A stretch of 56,304 nt of DNA from Kiritimatiellia bacterium (GCA_007129405.1 SKVN01000047.1:1-56304), one strand, 5' to 3'. Shown: positions 1-7,890, numbered from the stretch's first letter. The notes: generated by a model from the letters alone, not told the origin. Translations and numbers: made by a program.

Positions 1-88
1 GGGAGTGCGTCCCTCCAGGGATGTGCGGACGCATGGGAGTGCGTCTCTCCAAGGGTGTGCGGACGCACGGGAGTGCGTCCAGTGGATG
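1..88. repeat. 34-bp tandem repeat, about 2.6 units, cut by the window edge
   Basis: Units run 1-34 GGGAGTGCGTCCCTCCAGGGATGTGCGGACGCAT, 35-68 GGGAGTGCGTCTCTCCAAGGGTGTGCGGACGCAC, and 69-88 partial. Unit junctions form hairpins such as GGACGCAC-GGGA-GTGCGTCC. The repeat lies just 3' of the minus-strand PPIase gene. Confidence 0.8.
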
Positions 89-98
89 TTTGCGTACT

Positions 99-695
99 TT
101 ATTCGGCTGTAGCTTCGACGGGCTGGATGCGTGTGACGCTTTTGATGACAATGGCTTCTTGCGGTACATTTTGCATCCCGCGCTGGGAGCCCGTGCGTAC
201 GATTTGGATTTTGTCGAGCACTTCCTCGCCTTCTACAACGCGACCAAATACACAATACCCGATGCCTTGGGGGGTATCATTGCGATAATCCAGTGCCGGA
301 TTGTCGACGGTATTGATGAAAAACTGCGATGTAGCACTATTGGGGATTTGTGTGCGTGCCATGGCAATTGTACCGCGCGTGTTGCGGATCCCGTTGGCGG
401 CCTCATTCTCGATCGGTGCTTGCGTGGGCTTACGGTTTAATTCCTCATCGAATCCACCGCCTTGGATCATGAAGTCGCGGATGACGCGGTGAAAAATGGT
501 GCCATCGTAGAAGCCGCTGTCTACGTAAGCGAGAAAGTTGGATACCGTGACAGGTGCCTGCTCGGCAAAAAGTTCGAGTTTGATCGTGCCTTGCGATGTG
601 ACCATTTCAACCATGGGATTCTCCTTTGTTTCTGCCAGCACTGTGCCAACCATGATGAGGGTGCATGCCGCAATTCCCAAAAACATACGCATCAT
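99..695 (-). CDS. Cyclophilin-type peptidyl-prolyl cis-trans isomerase with N-terminal signal peptide
   Basis: The 198-aa ORF has a hydrophobic leader MMRMFLGIAACTLIMVGTVLA. Cyclophilin motifs are present (FHRVIRDFMIQGGGF, SATSQFFIN). Confidence 0.92.
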   Translation of the reverse strand: MMRMFLGIAACTLIMVGTVLAETKENPMVEMVTSQGTIKLELFAEQAPVTVSNFLAYVDSGFYDGTIFHRVIRDFMIQGGGFDEELNRKPTQAPIENEAANGIRNTRGTIAMARTQIPNSATSQFFINTVDNPALDYRNDTPQGIGYCVFGRVVEGEEVLDKIQIVRTGSQRGMQNVPQEAIVIKSVTRIQPVEATAE

Positions 696-1240
696 AACCT
701 CCTTGTTTGGTGTTGATATGCACTGCAGAAGATAAGTTGAGATGTATACGGATGCAAGCGCGATGTTGGCCGCAACGCGAATCGTGGTAGCGGTTTATAA
801 AACCACAACGTCTTGCAGTAAACGTTGCCGTTACAACCTGTCTGTTTCGTTGGAGCAGCCGGTTTCGGGATTATACTTCTCCCCGAGGGGCTTCGTGTGA
901 CAAGACACCCTGCTATACGGGAGAGCCGTTGCGTAAAGCAGGTTGTGCCAACCTGCTACTTGCGTTGTGGCTGCGGCAGCCACCGACCTCTTCGCAGAGT
1001 CGGGGCAGTGGATGGATGGTCGAGCGCGCTGGGAGGTGCACCCCGTCGCTTCGCTCCCCCCAAAGCGGTGAGTTCGCTTCGCTCGTCACCGCACTCCATA
1101 CTGGTTTTAGAGCTGATATGGAGTGCGGCGATAAAAATCGGCGCTTTGGGTTGGCACGGAGTGCCGGGGTCGGAGATGAGGTGAGCGCGTGTGATTGATC
1201 GCTGCGTTTTGATCTGGCGAGCGCAGCTACAGGGACGGCA

Positions 1241-1424
1241 TGAAGTTACAGCTTAGCCGCAGCCCCGGGGTGCCCCCAGATGATGCAGGAGAGAAACTTC
1301 TTGCCCTTACTCGGGCACACTTGATCGTTTACACTTAATCGAAAGTCAGGGCTCACAATGTCGAGTAAGTGTAGGCGAGTAAGTACAGGGGAGTAAGTGT
1401 GTAAACATGGAGTTACTGGCTTAG
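1241..1424. repeat. Dispersed structured repeat, copy A (3 iterons); second copy at 8901-9099
   Basis: It aligns by eye along its whole length with 8901-9099. Both share the terminal direct repeats GAAGTTAC.GG.TTAG, the palindrome CCCCGGGG, left-arm CTTACACTTA.TCG motifs and right-arm tandem CGAGTAAGTGTAGG units. Its last bases overlap the ilvD stop codon. Confidence 0.85.
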
Positions 1425-3094
1425 TCGAGAATGGCGCCTGTGGAGGCGTTGTTAACGAGTTTGCTGTAGCGGCGCAGGCATCCGTCTACTTCGCGGGGCG
1501 GGGGCGGCACGAAGGACGCATGGCGCCGCGCGATCGTGTCTGCATCCAGAACAGCTTCGAGTGTCCGGTTCAATATGTTGATTCGGATTTTGTCGCCTTC
1601 TTCCAGCAATGCAATGAGGCCACCTTCTGCGGCTTCAGGGGAAATATGTCCGATACAGGCTCCGTGGGTACCGCCGGAGAATCGTCCATCGGTGATGAGT
1701 GCAACACTTTCGCCGAGGCCTTGCCCCATGATGTAGGAGGTGGGGGCCAGCATTTCCTGCATGCCGGGGCCTCCTTTAGGACCTTCGTAGCGAATGACAA
1801 CAACATCGCCTGCTTTTACTTTGCCCGCGAGAATGCCTTCGCATGCTTCTTCTTGTGAGTTGAAAATGACAGCACGCCCTTCGAATTCGAGCATCTGTGC
1901 AGCTACGCCTGCTTTTTTTACGACGGCACCTTGCTCGGCGAGGTTCCCGTATAGGATGGTGAGTCCGCCATCGGAAGAATAGGGATTTTGCGTTGTATGG
2001 ATGACCGCTTCATCCTTGATCTTTGCTCGGGAAACATTCTGCCATAATGTTTTGCCGGTTACAGTCGGCGCTTTTTTATGCAGGAGCCCTTTGATGGAAC
2101 CAATTTCCCGTAAGATGGCACTTACGCCGCCTGCGCGATCGACATCTTCAATATGGTAATGGGAGGATGGGGCGACTTTGCAAATGTTGGGGCAGCGCTG
2201 CGAGATCTCGTTGATGCGATTGAGGTCGTAGTTTAAGCCGGCTTCATGTGCAATGGCGAGCGTATGCAGTACGGTATTGGTGGATCCTCCCATCGCCATA
2301 TCCAGTACGAAGGCGTTATCGATTGCGTCTTTTGTAACAATATCGCGCGGAAGTGGGCCACCCGCGAGGGCCAGTTCTACGACTCTACGCGCAGCTTTGC
2401 GATATAGTGTTTTTCGGCGGGGGTCTTTGGCCAGAATGGTGCCGTTGCCGGGGAGGGCTAGCCCAATGGCTTCACAGAGGCAATTCATGGAGTTGGCCGT
2501 GAACATGCCGGAGCAGGATCCACAGCTCGGACAGGCGTTTTCCTCGATGCAGGTTAATTCCTGATCACTGATTTTTTGTTGTCCGTGTTCGGCCACGCCT
2601 TCGAATACGCTTACCAGATCGACGACACGTCCATCGGGCATTTTGCCTGCTTTCATGGGCCCACCGCTTACAAATACGGTGGGGATGTTGGCGCGAATGG
2701 CACCCATAAGCATGCCTGGTACGATTTTGTCGCAGTTCGGGATGCAGATAACGGCATCAAAGCAATGTGCCTTGAGCATGGCTTCGACGGAGTCGGCAAT
2801 GATATCGCGAGAGGGAAGGGAATATTTCATGCCGCCGTGCCCCATGGCGAGGCCATCGCAGATTCCAATGGTGTTGAATTCGAAGGGTACCCCCCCGGCT
2901 TTTTGAATTTCTTTCTTGATGATTTTGGCGACTTTGTCCAGATGCGTATGGCCGGGGACAATCTGGTCGTAGGAGTTGCAAACGGCAATAAAGGGTTTGG
3001 GCATATCGCTCGAGGTTAGACCGGTGGCTCGTAAGAGGCTGCGGTGTGGGGCACGTTCCGGCCCAGCTTTGATTTGGTCGCTACGCATGATCAT
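1421..3094 (-). CDS. ilvD: Dihydroxy-acid dehydratase
   Basis: The 557-aa ORF carries hallmark IlvD motifs ([32 protein letters not shown]). Confidence 0.97.
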   Translation of the reverse strand: MIMRSDQIKAGPERAPHRSLLRATGLTSSDMPKPFIAVCNSYDQIVPGHTHLDKVAKIIKKEIQKAGGVPFEFNTIGICDGLAMGHGGMKYSLPSRDIIADSVEAMLKAHCFDAVICIPNCDKIVPGMLMGAIRANIPTVFVSGGPMKAGKMPDGRVVDLVSVFEGVAEHGQQKISDQELTCIEENACPSCGSCSGMFTANSMNCLCEAIGLALPGNGTILAKDPRRKTLYRKAARRVVELALAGGPLPRDIVTKDAIDNAFVLDMAMGGSTNTVLHTLAIAHEAGLNYDLNRINEISQRCPNICKVAPSSHYHIEDVDRAGGVSAILREIGSIKGLLHKKAPTVTGKTLWQNVSRAKIKDEAVIHTTQNPYSSDGGLTILYGNLAEQGAVVKKAGVAAQMLEFEGRAVIFNSQEEACEGILAGKVKAGDVVVIRYEGPKGGPGMQEMLAPTSYIMGQGLGESVALITDGRFSGGTHGACIGHISPEAAEGGLIALLEEGDKIRINILNRTLEAVLDADTIARRHASFVPPPPREVDGCLRRYSKLVNNASTGAILD

Positions 3095-3556
3095 TCCTTT
3101 CCTAACGGTTCAATCGCGGGACAATATCACAGTGCAACACTGTTTGTAAAATGTGTAAATCGGTTTACCGCCGGAGAAGATTGCGGGAATGCGGGATTAT
3201 CGGGGACGCGAAAGTTGCGGGTTGTCTTGTGTGGGGTTTCGCTTTAATTTGGTGTGGAGGCGTGTTTCAGGTTATAGGAGGGAGATGCGGCAACATCATA
3301 AACCGGTTCGGAAGTGTCATGGATGCCCGTTGAATATGGGGCGTCATTGCTGGGTTTATTTATATCCGCGGGGACAGTGGCGTGACGGACATGATTGTCG
3401 CTTGCGGGATGACACGGCTGTGCATCAGGCATTCGAGCAATGGCGTAAGCGACCGACAGTGAAGGATTTAAAGATGTTGCGTCGGGAAGGGCATCGGGGC
3501 AAGGCGCAAAATCGTGCGGGCGAGGGTGTTGGCTGGCTGAAGGAACGGGGGCTCAT

Positions 3557-4702
3557 GTGAAGAAATATCGTCGTCCGCATGAGGAGTCGATCGAGCGAGC
3601 CGTGCTGGTGCAAGTGATCCCGTTTGGACAATCGCCCGCGGAAGCTGCCGACTCGTTGGCGGAGTTGGCGCGGTTAGCCGATACTGCCGGTGTAATTGTG
3701 GCGGGGCATGTGACGCAGCGTCGTAAACATCCCACGCCTCAGTTTCTTGTAGGGGAGGGCAAACTGTCGGAGATTCAACTGGCCTGTCGTGCCGCAGAAG
3801 CCAACCTAATTATTACCGACAATGAGTTATCTCCGGTGCAGGTGAACAATCTGGATCAATCTTTGGGGATTCATGTAATCGATCGTACCGAATTGATTTT
3901 GCAGATTTTTGCGCGGCGAGCTTCGTCGGCAACGGCCAAGGCCCAAGTTGAACTGGCGCAGCTCGAGTATTTGATTTCGCGCATTCCGGTGTCGCGCAAG
4001 CAACAGCGTTTTCAGGGGGGTATCGGAATGCGTGGTCCCGGGGAAAGTCCCTTGCAGTTACGCAATGATCCGATGCGTAAGCGCATCAAGGAACTCAAGG
4101 GCAAGTTGGAGACGTTGCGTGCGCGTGGTCGTCGTACGCGTGCCCGTCAACGCTGGCCGATGGTGAGTCTGGTGGGGTATACGAATGCAGGCAAGAGCAC
4201 ACTTTTGAATGCCCTGAGCAGCGCAGAGGCATATGTTGACGATCGCTTGTTCGCGACGTTAGATGTCAAGACACGCCAGATTTATCTGGGGGAAGACCGG
4301 CTTGCTTTGCTTTCGGACACGGTTGGTTTTATTCGTCATTTGCCCCATGGACTGGTGGCTTCGTTTCGTTCTACCTTGGATGTGGCGGTGGAATCGGATC
4401 TTTTGCTGCTGGTACTCGATGGGAGCGATCCACATTTGCAGGATCATATTACGGTTGTGGCGGAAACGCTTCGTGAGATTGAATCCGACAAGGTTCCTGT
4501 GGTAGTTGTGTTGAACAAGATGGATCGTGTGGATGCGGAAGGACATGCTTTCCTGGTCGAGGAGTATCCGGATGCGATCTGTGTGAGTGCGCGCACCGGG
4601 GAGGGTCTGTCTGCGTTGAAGGTGGCTATGCGTGAATCGTTGGAATCATCGGGTGCCTACCTGGCTCCTGTTCCGCCTCCTGTACCACCTTGGGAGACGT
4701 AG
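3557..4702 (+). CDS. hflX: GTPase HflX
   Basis: The 381-aa ORF has a GTG start. It has the HflX N-domain, the G1 motif GYTNAGKST, then DTVGF and NKMD. Confidence 0.93.
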   Translation: MKKYRRPHEESIERAVLVQVIPFGQSPAEAADSLAELARLADTAGVIVAGHVTQRRKHPTPQFLVGEGKLSEIQLACRAAEANLIITDNELSPVQVNNLDQSLGIHVIDRTELILQIFARRASSATAKAQVELAQLEYLISRIPVSRKQQRFQGGIGMRGPGESPLQLRNDPMRKRIKELKGKLETLRARGRRTRARQRWPMVSLVGYTNAGKSTLLNALSSAEAYVDDRLFATLDVKTRQIYLGEDRLALLSDTVGFIRHLPHGLVASFRSTLDVAVESDLLLLVLDGSDPHLQDHITVVAETLREIESDKVPVVVVLNKMDRVDAEGHAFLVEEYPDAICVSARTGEGLSALKVAMRESLESSGAYLAPVPPPVPPWET

Positions 4703-4748
4703 GACGTGTGACGTGGGGTGTGAGACGTAGGACGTGAGGAGGATAACC

Positions 4749-5450
4749 GTGTTGCATTTTGTTTGTACGCCGATTGGGAATTTGGAGGATATGTCGCCGC
4801 GGGCGATTCGTGTTTTGCGCGAGGCGGATGTTATTGCCTGTGAGGATACCCGCCGTACGCGTGCGTTGTTGACGCATTTTGAGATACCGCGTCCGCGTGA
4901 TCTGGTTTCGTATCGCGATCCGCATGAGGCCCGGACGGCCGAATATCTTTTGGGGAAATTGGAAGCGGGATTGCATGTTGCGGTTTGCACGGATGGTGGT
5001 GCGCCGGGGATTAGTGATCCTGGGTATCGGATTGCGCGTTTGGCGGCACAGGCTGGCCACCCCATGGCGGCTATTCCGGGGGCGAGCGCGGTGACGGCTG
5101 CGATCATGGTGTCGGGGTTGCCGAGTTCGAGTTTTACCTTTAAGGGTTTTCCGCCGCGAAAATCTGGCGGGTTGCTGCGTTTTTTTGCGCATGAGGCAGA
5201 TCGTGAGCACACGCTCGTTTATTTCGAGTCGCCGTATCGGGTAGGCAAGTCTTTGGCGGCTGCGTATGAGGCACTTGGGAATCGGGAGGCGGCGGTTTGT
5301 ATTGAGCTCACAAAAGTGCATGAGCGCGTTGTGCGTGGCCATTTGTCTGATTTGGCATCTGCTTTTAACGATACGAAGGTAAAGGGCGAGGTGACGATTG
5401 TGATTGCGGGGAATCATCCTGCGTTTGTGCAGGGTCCTGAAATGGGTTGA
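4749..5450 (+). CDS. rsmI: 16S rRNA (cytidine1402-2'-O)-methyltransferase
   Basis: The N-terminus LHFVCTPIGNLEDMS is typical of RsmI. The GAGGAGG RBS at 4736-4742 favours the GTG at 4749 over the ORF-track start at 4734. Confidence 0.88.
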   Translation: MLHFVCTPIGNLEDMSPRAIRVLREADVIACEDTRRTRALLTHFEIPRPRDLVSYRDPHEARTAEYLLGKLEAGLHVAVCTDGGAPGISDPGYRIARLAAQAGHPMAAIPGASAVTAAIMVSGLPSSSFTFKGFPPRKSGGLLRFFAHEADREHTLVYFESPYRVGKSLAAAYEALGNREAAVCIELTKVHERVVRGHLSDLASAFNDTKVKGEVTIVIAGNHPAFVQGPEMG

Positions 5451-5517
5451 GCCGGTTTGCTGAATATTGCAGAATGGGGATGCGGAGAAGGTTCATTGTG
5501 GAGAGTAGGCCTTGGTT

Positions 5518-6069
5518 ATGAAACGGCATAAAATATGGTTTTTTGTCCCGATTGCAGTGCTTGTGCTCTGTATGCTGCTGTTTGGCGGGACGCCGGGAGG
5601 TCAGGCGGTGCCGGAGGTGCCTTCCGCTCCGGCATGGTTTGTGGCACCAGCGGATATTACACATGCCGGTGTTCCCGTTCTTTTTTTAGATGAAGAAGAG
5701 GCAACAGCTTTTTTTGAGGAACGGCTTCGTGATCGGGATGTTGAGATGTTTTTTGGCGTAAGGGGGTTCGGTGGGGTGGCATCTGTTGTGCCTTCCGCTC
5801 CTGGAATCATCCCAATACGTGAACTGGACCTGGAGGATGAGTATGGAGAGGGCGGGGGAATGTTTTTAGATTCGGGTGATTCTGCTGATCGCACGGGGTG
5901 GGGGTGGTTGGTGGATGATGTGCGGCACCTGACCCGCGAAGCTGGAGGCGTGGATGCCGGCGGAGAAGTGGATTGGCGGCCTCGTTTGCGCGAGGAAAAT
6001 GATAGCTTTCGCATGGGGCAGTTCGGGGAAGATGACAGTTTTCGCAGACGCCGCTGGCTTGATGAATAA
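5518..6069 (+). CDS. Hypothetical acidic protein with N-terminal membrane anchor or signal
   Basis: The ORF has a hydrophobic segment IWFFVPIAVLVLCMLLFGG. I recognise no family. The ATG at 5518 is preferred over the TTG at 5512. Confidence 0.55.
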   Translation: MKRHKIWFFVPIAVLVLCMLLFGGTPGGQAVPEVPSAPAWFVAPADITHAGVPVLFLDEEEATAFFEERLRDRDVEMFFGVRGFGGVASVVPSAPGIIPIRELDLEDEYGEGGGMFLDSGDSADRTGWGWLVDDVRHLTREAGGVDAGGEVDWRPRLREENDSFRMGQFGEDDSFRRRRWLDE

Positions 6070-6073
6070 TCCG

Positions 6074-6159
6074 AGCTTCGGGGGACACCCTTCGCTCCTC
6101 GTTCCTTTTCGCATCTGGGTGGCTTGCCACCCGAAGCTCTGAGGAACGAGGAGCGAAGG
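6074..6159. repeat. 86-bp hairpin repeat, copy A (identical to 6430-6515)
   Basis: A base-by-base comparison shows identity with copy B. A perfect 17-bp stem (6089-6105 with 6143-6159) encloses the inner hairpin GGGTGG-CTTG-CCACCC. It sits between convergent genes, in a terminator-like position. Confidence 0.9.
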
Positions 6160-6164
6160 TATTC

Positions 6165-6404
6165 TTAGAAATGTTTTTTGGCAAATGCGAAGCCTGAACC
6201 TGTTTTGAGATATCGTTCGAATGCGTGGGCTTTGGTTTTATCGGAGAATCCGATGATGGTTTCAAGAGTCCAAGGCTTGTGCTTGGAGGTGTGTGGGGAA
6301 CCACCTGAGTTGTGTTTCTGTAAACGTTGTTCAACGTCCTGGGTAACGCCGATGTATCGCCGGGTAGAGTCTTTGATACTACGTATGATGTAGACGTAAT
6401 GCAT
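6165..6404 (-). CDS. Small GIY-YIG family nuclease (79 aa)
   Basis: The product starts MHYVYIIRS...RRYIGVT, which holds the GIY and YIG motifs. It has the short UPF0213-like architecture. The start was moved to the ATG at 6404 because the upstream part of the ORF only reads through the repeat. Confidence 0.8.
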   Translation of the reverse strand: MHYVYIIRSIKDSTRRYIGVTQDVEQRLQKHNSGGSPHTSKHKPWTLETIIGFSDKTKAHAFERYLKTGSGFAFAKKHF

Positions 6405-6429
6405 GGGTGGTTCCGTCCCCCTTCGCTGA

Positions 6430-6515
6430 AGCTTCGGGGGACACCCTTCGCTCCTCGTTCCTTTTCGCATCTGGGTGGCTTGCCACCCGAAGCTCTGAGG
6501 AACGAGGAGCGAAGG
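6430..6515. repeat. 86-bp hairpin repeat, copy B
   Basis: It is identical to 6074-6159 and ends 1 nt from the CCA end of tRNA-Met. Confidence 0.9.
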
Positions 6516-6516
6516 G

Positions 6517-6592
6517 TGGTGGCGGGAACCGGGCTCGAACCGGTGACCTAAGGCTTATGAGTCCTCCGCTCTACCTACTGAGCTATCCCGCC
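6517..6592 (-). tRNA. tRNA-Met (anticodon CAT), CCA encoded; a lysidine-modified tRNA-Ile2 cannot be excluded
   Basis: The reverse complement folds as a cloverleaf. Segments are GGCGGGA / GCTC..GAGC / anticodon loop CTCATAA / T-arm ACCGG-TTCGAGC-CCGGT / TCCCGCC-A-CCA. Position 31-39 is a mismatch. Confidence 0.9.
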
Positions 6593-6619
6593 GTTGATTC
6601 ATCTGTTGAATGGGCGTGC

Positions 6620-6647
6620 ACGATAGCACATCCAATTCGGGCGTCAA
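6620..6647 (-). promoter_or_regulatory. Putative sigma70-type promoter for tRNA-Met
   Basis: On the minus strand: TTGACG, a 16-nt spacer, then TATCGT, about 27 nt upstream of the tRNA 5' end. Confidence 0.35.
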
Positions 6648-6766
6648 GCCCTTATCCGCGTCTTTCGCGGCGAATTGTGTGATGTATATGTCTTATTGTT
6701 GGTGTTTCATGCGTATGGGGAGAGGGAGTGATTCGGTTGGTAGGGGCATTTGGGCGGGCAGATGAT

Positions 6767-6925
6767 GGGGGGGGGTTGAACTTTGAACTTTGAAGGCTGA
6801 TAGGCTTCGGGGGGAAGTTTTAACCACGAAGGCACTAAGACACTAAGGCTGATAGGCTTCGGGGGGGGGTGGGAGTGGGGGGTTGAACTTTGAACTTTGA
6901 ACTTCGAACTTTGAACTTTTGAAAC
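6767..6925. repeat. Simple-repeat region with poly-G tracts, GAACTTT heptamer arrays and a duplicated 20-mer
   Basis: G9 runs lie at 6767-6775 and 6861-6869, and a G6 run at 6877-6882. GAACTTT occurs x2.5 at 6776-6794 and x5 at 6883-6925. GGCTGATAGGCTTCGGGG occurs at both 6795 and 6847. Confidence 0.85.
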
Positions 6926-7083
6926 ACAACATCTTGTGTGTAGAATGGGGTACAGGCTGGAAAATGGGGGCGGTCAGGGTGTAAAAAAGGATTGCGGTTT
7001 TTGTCTGTCGGAATTACATTTCCGCGATGGTAGTGTATTGTATGACACTGCGCTGCGTGTATGAATCCTTAGGAGAAGCTGTC

Positions 7084-7890
7084 ATGAAAAGATGGGCGAT
7101 GGGTTTGGCGTTGGTTGTGACATTTGTATGTGCGGGTATGGTGCAGGCACAATTGCGTTGTCAGTTGGGCATCTTGACGGAAGCGACGTTGGAGGGAAAC
7201 AACCCCGCAACGGGTGAACCGTGGCAAGCAGGGGATCAGTACCGGTTGGTGTTTATTTCCAGTACGTTCGTGGATCCGAACACCAACGCCGCTAATGATA
7301 TAGCCTATTGGAATGATGCTGTACAAGCGATTGCCAATAGTGCCACCTCAAACGATTTGAGCAGCGTTTCTTGGAAGATCATCGGTTCAACCTCCAGTGT
7401 CGATGCTCGAGACAATACATCGACGAATCCGAATGTCGATGGAACTGGTCACGCAATATTCGGAATGAATGGCAGTGTGATCGAGAATAACTTTACAGAT
7501 CTGTGGGACGGTACAGCCCCTCAGAACATGGCATGGTTTGACGAGAACGGCGTTGCGCTGGCAGATTCAACGGCAGTTCACTATCCGCTGACTGGTACGG
7601 GGTGGAACGGGACAAAGCATAGTACAGCGTTCCTTAAGGACGCTACAGGCACGTCCGGCAGCAATAGAATCCGACAGGGGTTCCCCACTGCTCAGGATGG
7701 GAGAGGCTGGATAGATGCCTCTAATGTTGGCGCTGCTTGGTTTGACAATGTTGCATCTTCTGTCTATGGCATGCATGTCCGAGCCATTGTCGATTCAGGC
7801 ACCTGGTGCCACTCTGATTTATGTGCAGTAGCTCTTTATCGAAACGGCCTAGGCGTTAAAGTTGTTCGTTTTTGGGCTTTTTGCGTCTGA
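7084..7890 (+). CDS. Secreted hypothetical protein, paralogue 1 (C-terminus frameshifted relative to paralogue 2)
   Basis: The signal peptide is MKRWAMGLALVVTFVCAGMVQA and the RBS AGGAG lies at 7071-7075. The first ~125 aa are nearly identical to the 8040-8774 product. A 4-bp duplication at 7774-7777 changes the frame. Confidence 0.7.
   Translation: MKRWAMGLALVVTFVCAGMVQAQLRCQLGILTEATLEGNNPATGEPWQAGDQYRLVFISSTFVDPNTNAANDIAYWNDAVQAIANSATSNDLSSVSWKIIGSTSSVDARDNTSTNPNVDGTGHAIFGMNGSVIENNFTDLWDGTAPQNMAWFDENGVALADSTAVHYPLTGTGWNGTKHSTAFLKDATGTSGSNRIRQGFPTAQDGRGWIDASNVGAAWFDNVASSVYGMHVRAIVDSGTWCHSDLCAVALYRNGLGVKVVRFWAFCV

Noticed and set aside
1-88. Could the 34-bp tandem repeats, or the 14-bp iterons at 9023-9078, be a CRISPR array?
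   Set aside because: The units are directly adjacent with no unique spacers. The units are too short in the iteron case, and no cas genes or leader are present.
1104-1115. GTTTTAGAGCTG, which resembles the first 11-12 nt of the Streptococcus pyogenes Cas9 CRISPR repeat.
   Set aside because: It is a single occurrence located in the loop of a local hairpin. There is no repeat-spacer array, no tracr-like anti-repeat and no cas genes, so this is a chance match.
825-1198. Two overlapping plus-strand ORFs of 119 and 89 aa in the ilvD-PPIase spacer.
   Set aside because: Neither has an RBS. Their composition is Arg/Cys/Gly/Trp-rich, and they run straight through several perfect hairpins. I treat the region as non-coding structured DNA or RNA instead.
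780-1240. Possible tmRNA or SRP RNA in the structured spacer.
   Set aside because: There is no tRNA-like 3' end (T-arm plus CCA). There is no GGGG...TTCGAC 5' end with a matching acceptor partner, no tag ORF ending in ALAA-stop, and no GGAAGGAAGCAGC SRP motif on either strand.
1341-1356. GAAAGTCAGGGCTCAC, which resembles the RNase P RNA P4 motif GAAAGTCCGGGCTC.
   Set aside because: The same segment occurs in the second copy of the dispersed repeat (9002-9017, as GAAAGTCAGTGCTCAT). The other universally conserved RNase P blocks, such as ACAGAA.CCGGCTTA, are absent.
3189-3560. A 123-aa ORF in the ilvD/hflX divergent region.
   Set aside because: It is Arg/Cys/Trp/His-rich and I recognise no motif. 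It ends inside the hflX start region. This is most likely a promoter region rather than a gene.
4626-5417. A 263-aa ORF on the minus strand.
   Set aside because: It lies entirely antisense to the well-supported rsmI gene. The product is extremely Arg/Thr/Pro-rich and low in complexity, and I recognise no motif. It is a typical shadow ORF.
6405-6470. The N-terminal extension MRKGTRSEGCPPKL... of the GIY-YIG ORF, with the same peptide at the start of the minus-strand ORF 5866-6114.
   Set aside because: The shared peptide is simply a translation of the 86-bp repeat. ORF 5866-6114 is otherwise antisense to the 5518-6069 gene. The true GIY-YIG start is the ATG at 6404, directly before the GIY motif.
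7027-7083. An upstream extension of paralogue 1 (MVVYCMTLRCVYESLGEAV...).
   Set aside because: Paralogue 2 starts at the equivalent internal ATG, preceded by the same AGGAG RBS. The extension has no counterpart there and would bury the signal peptide.
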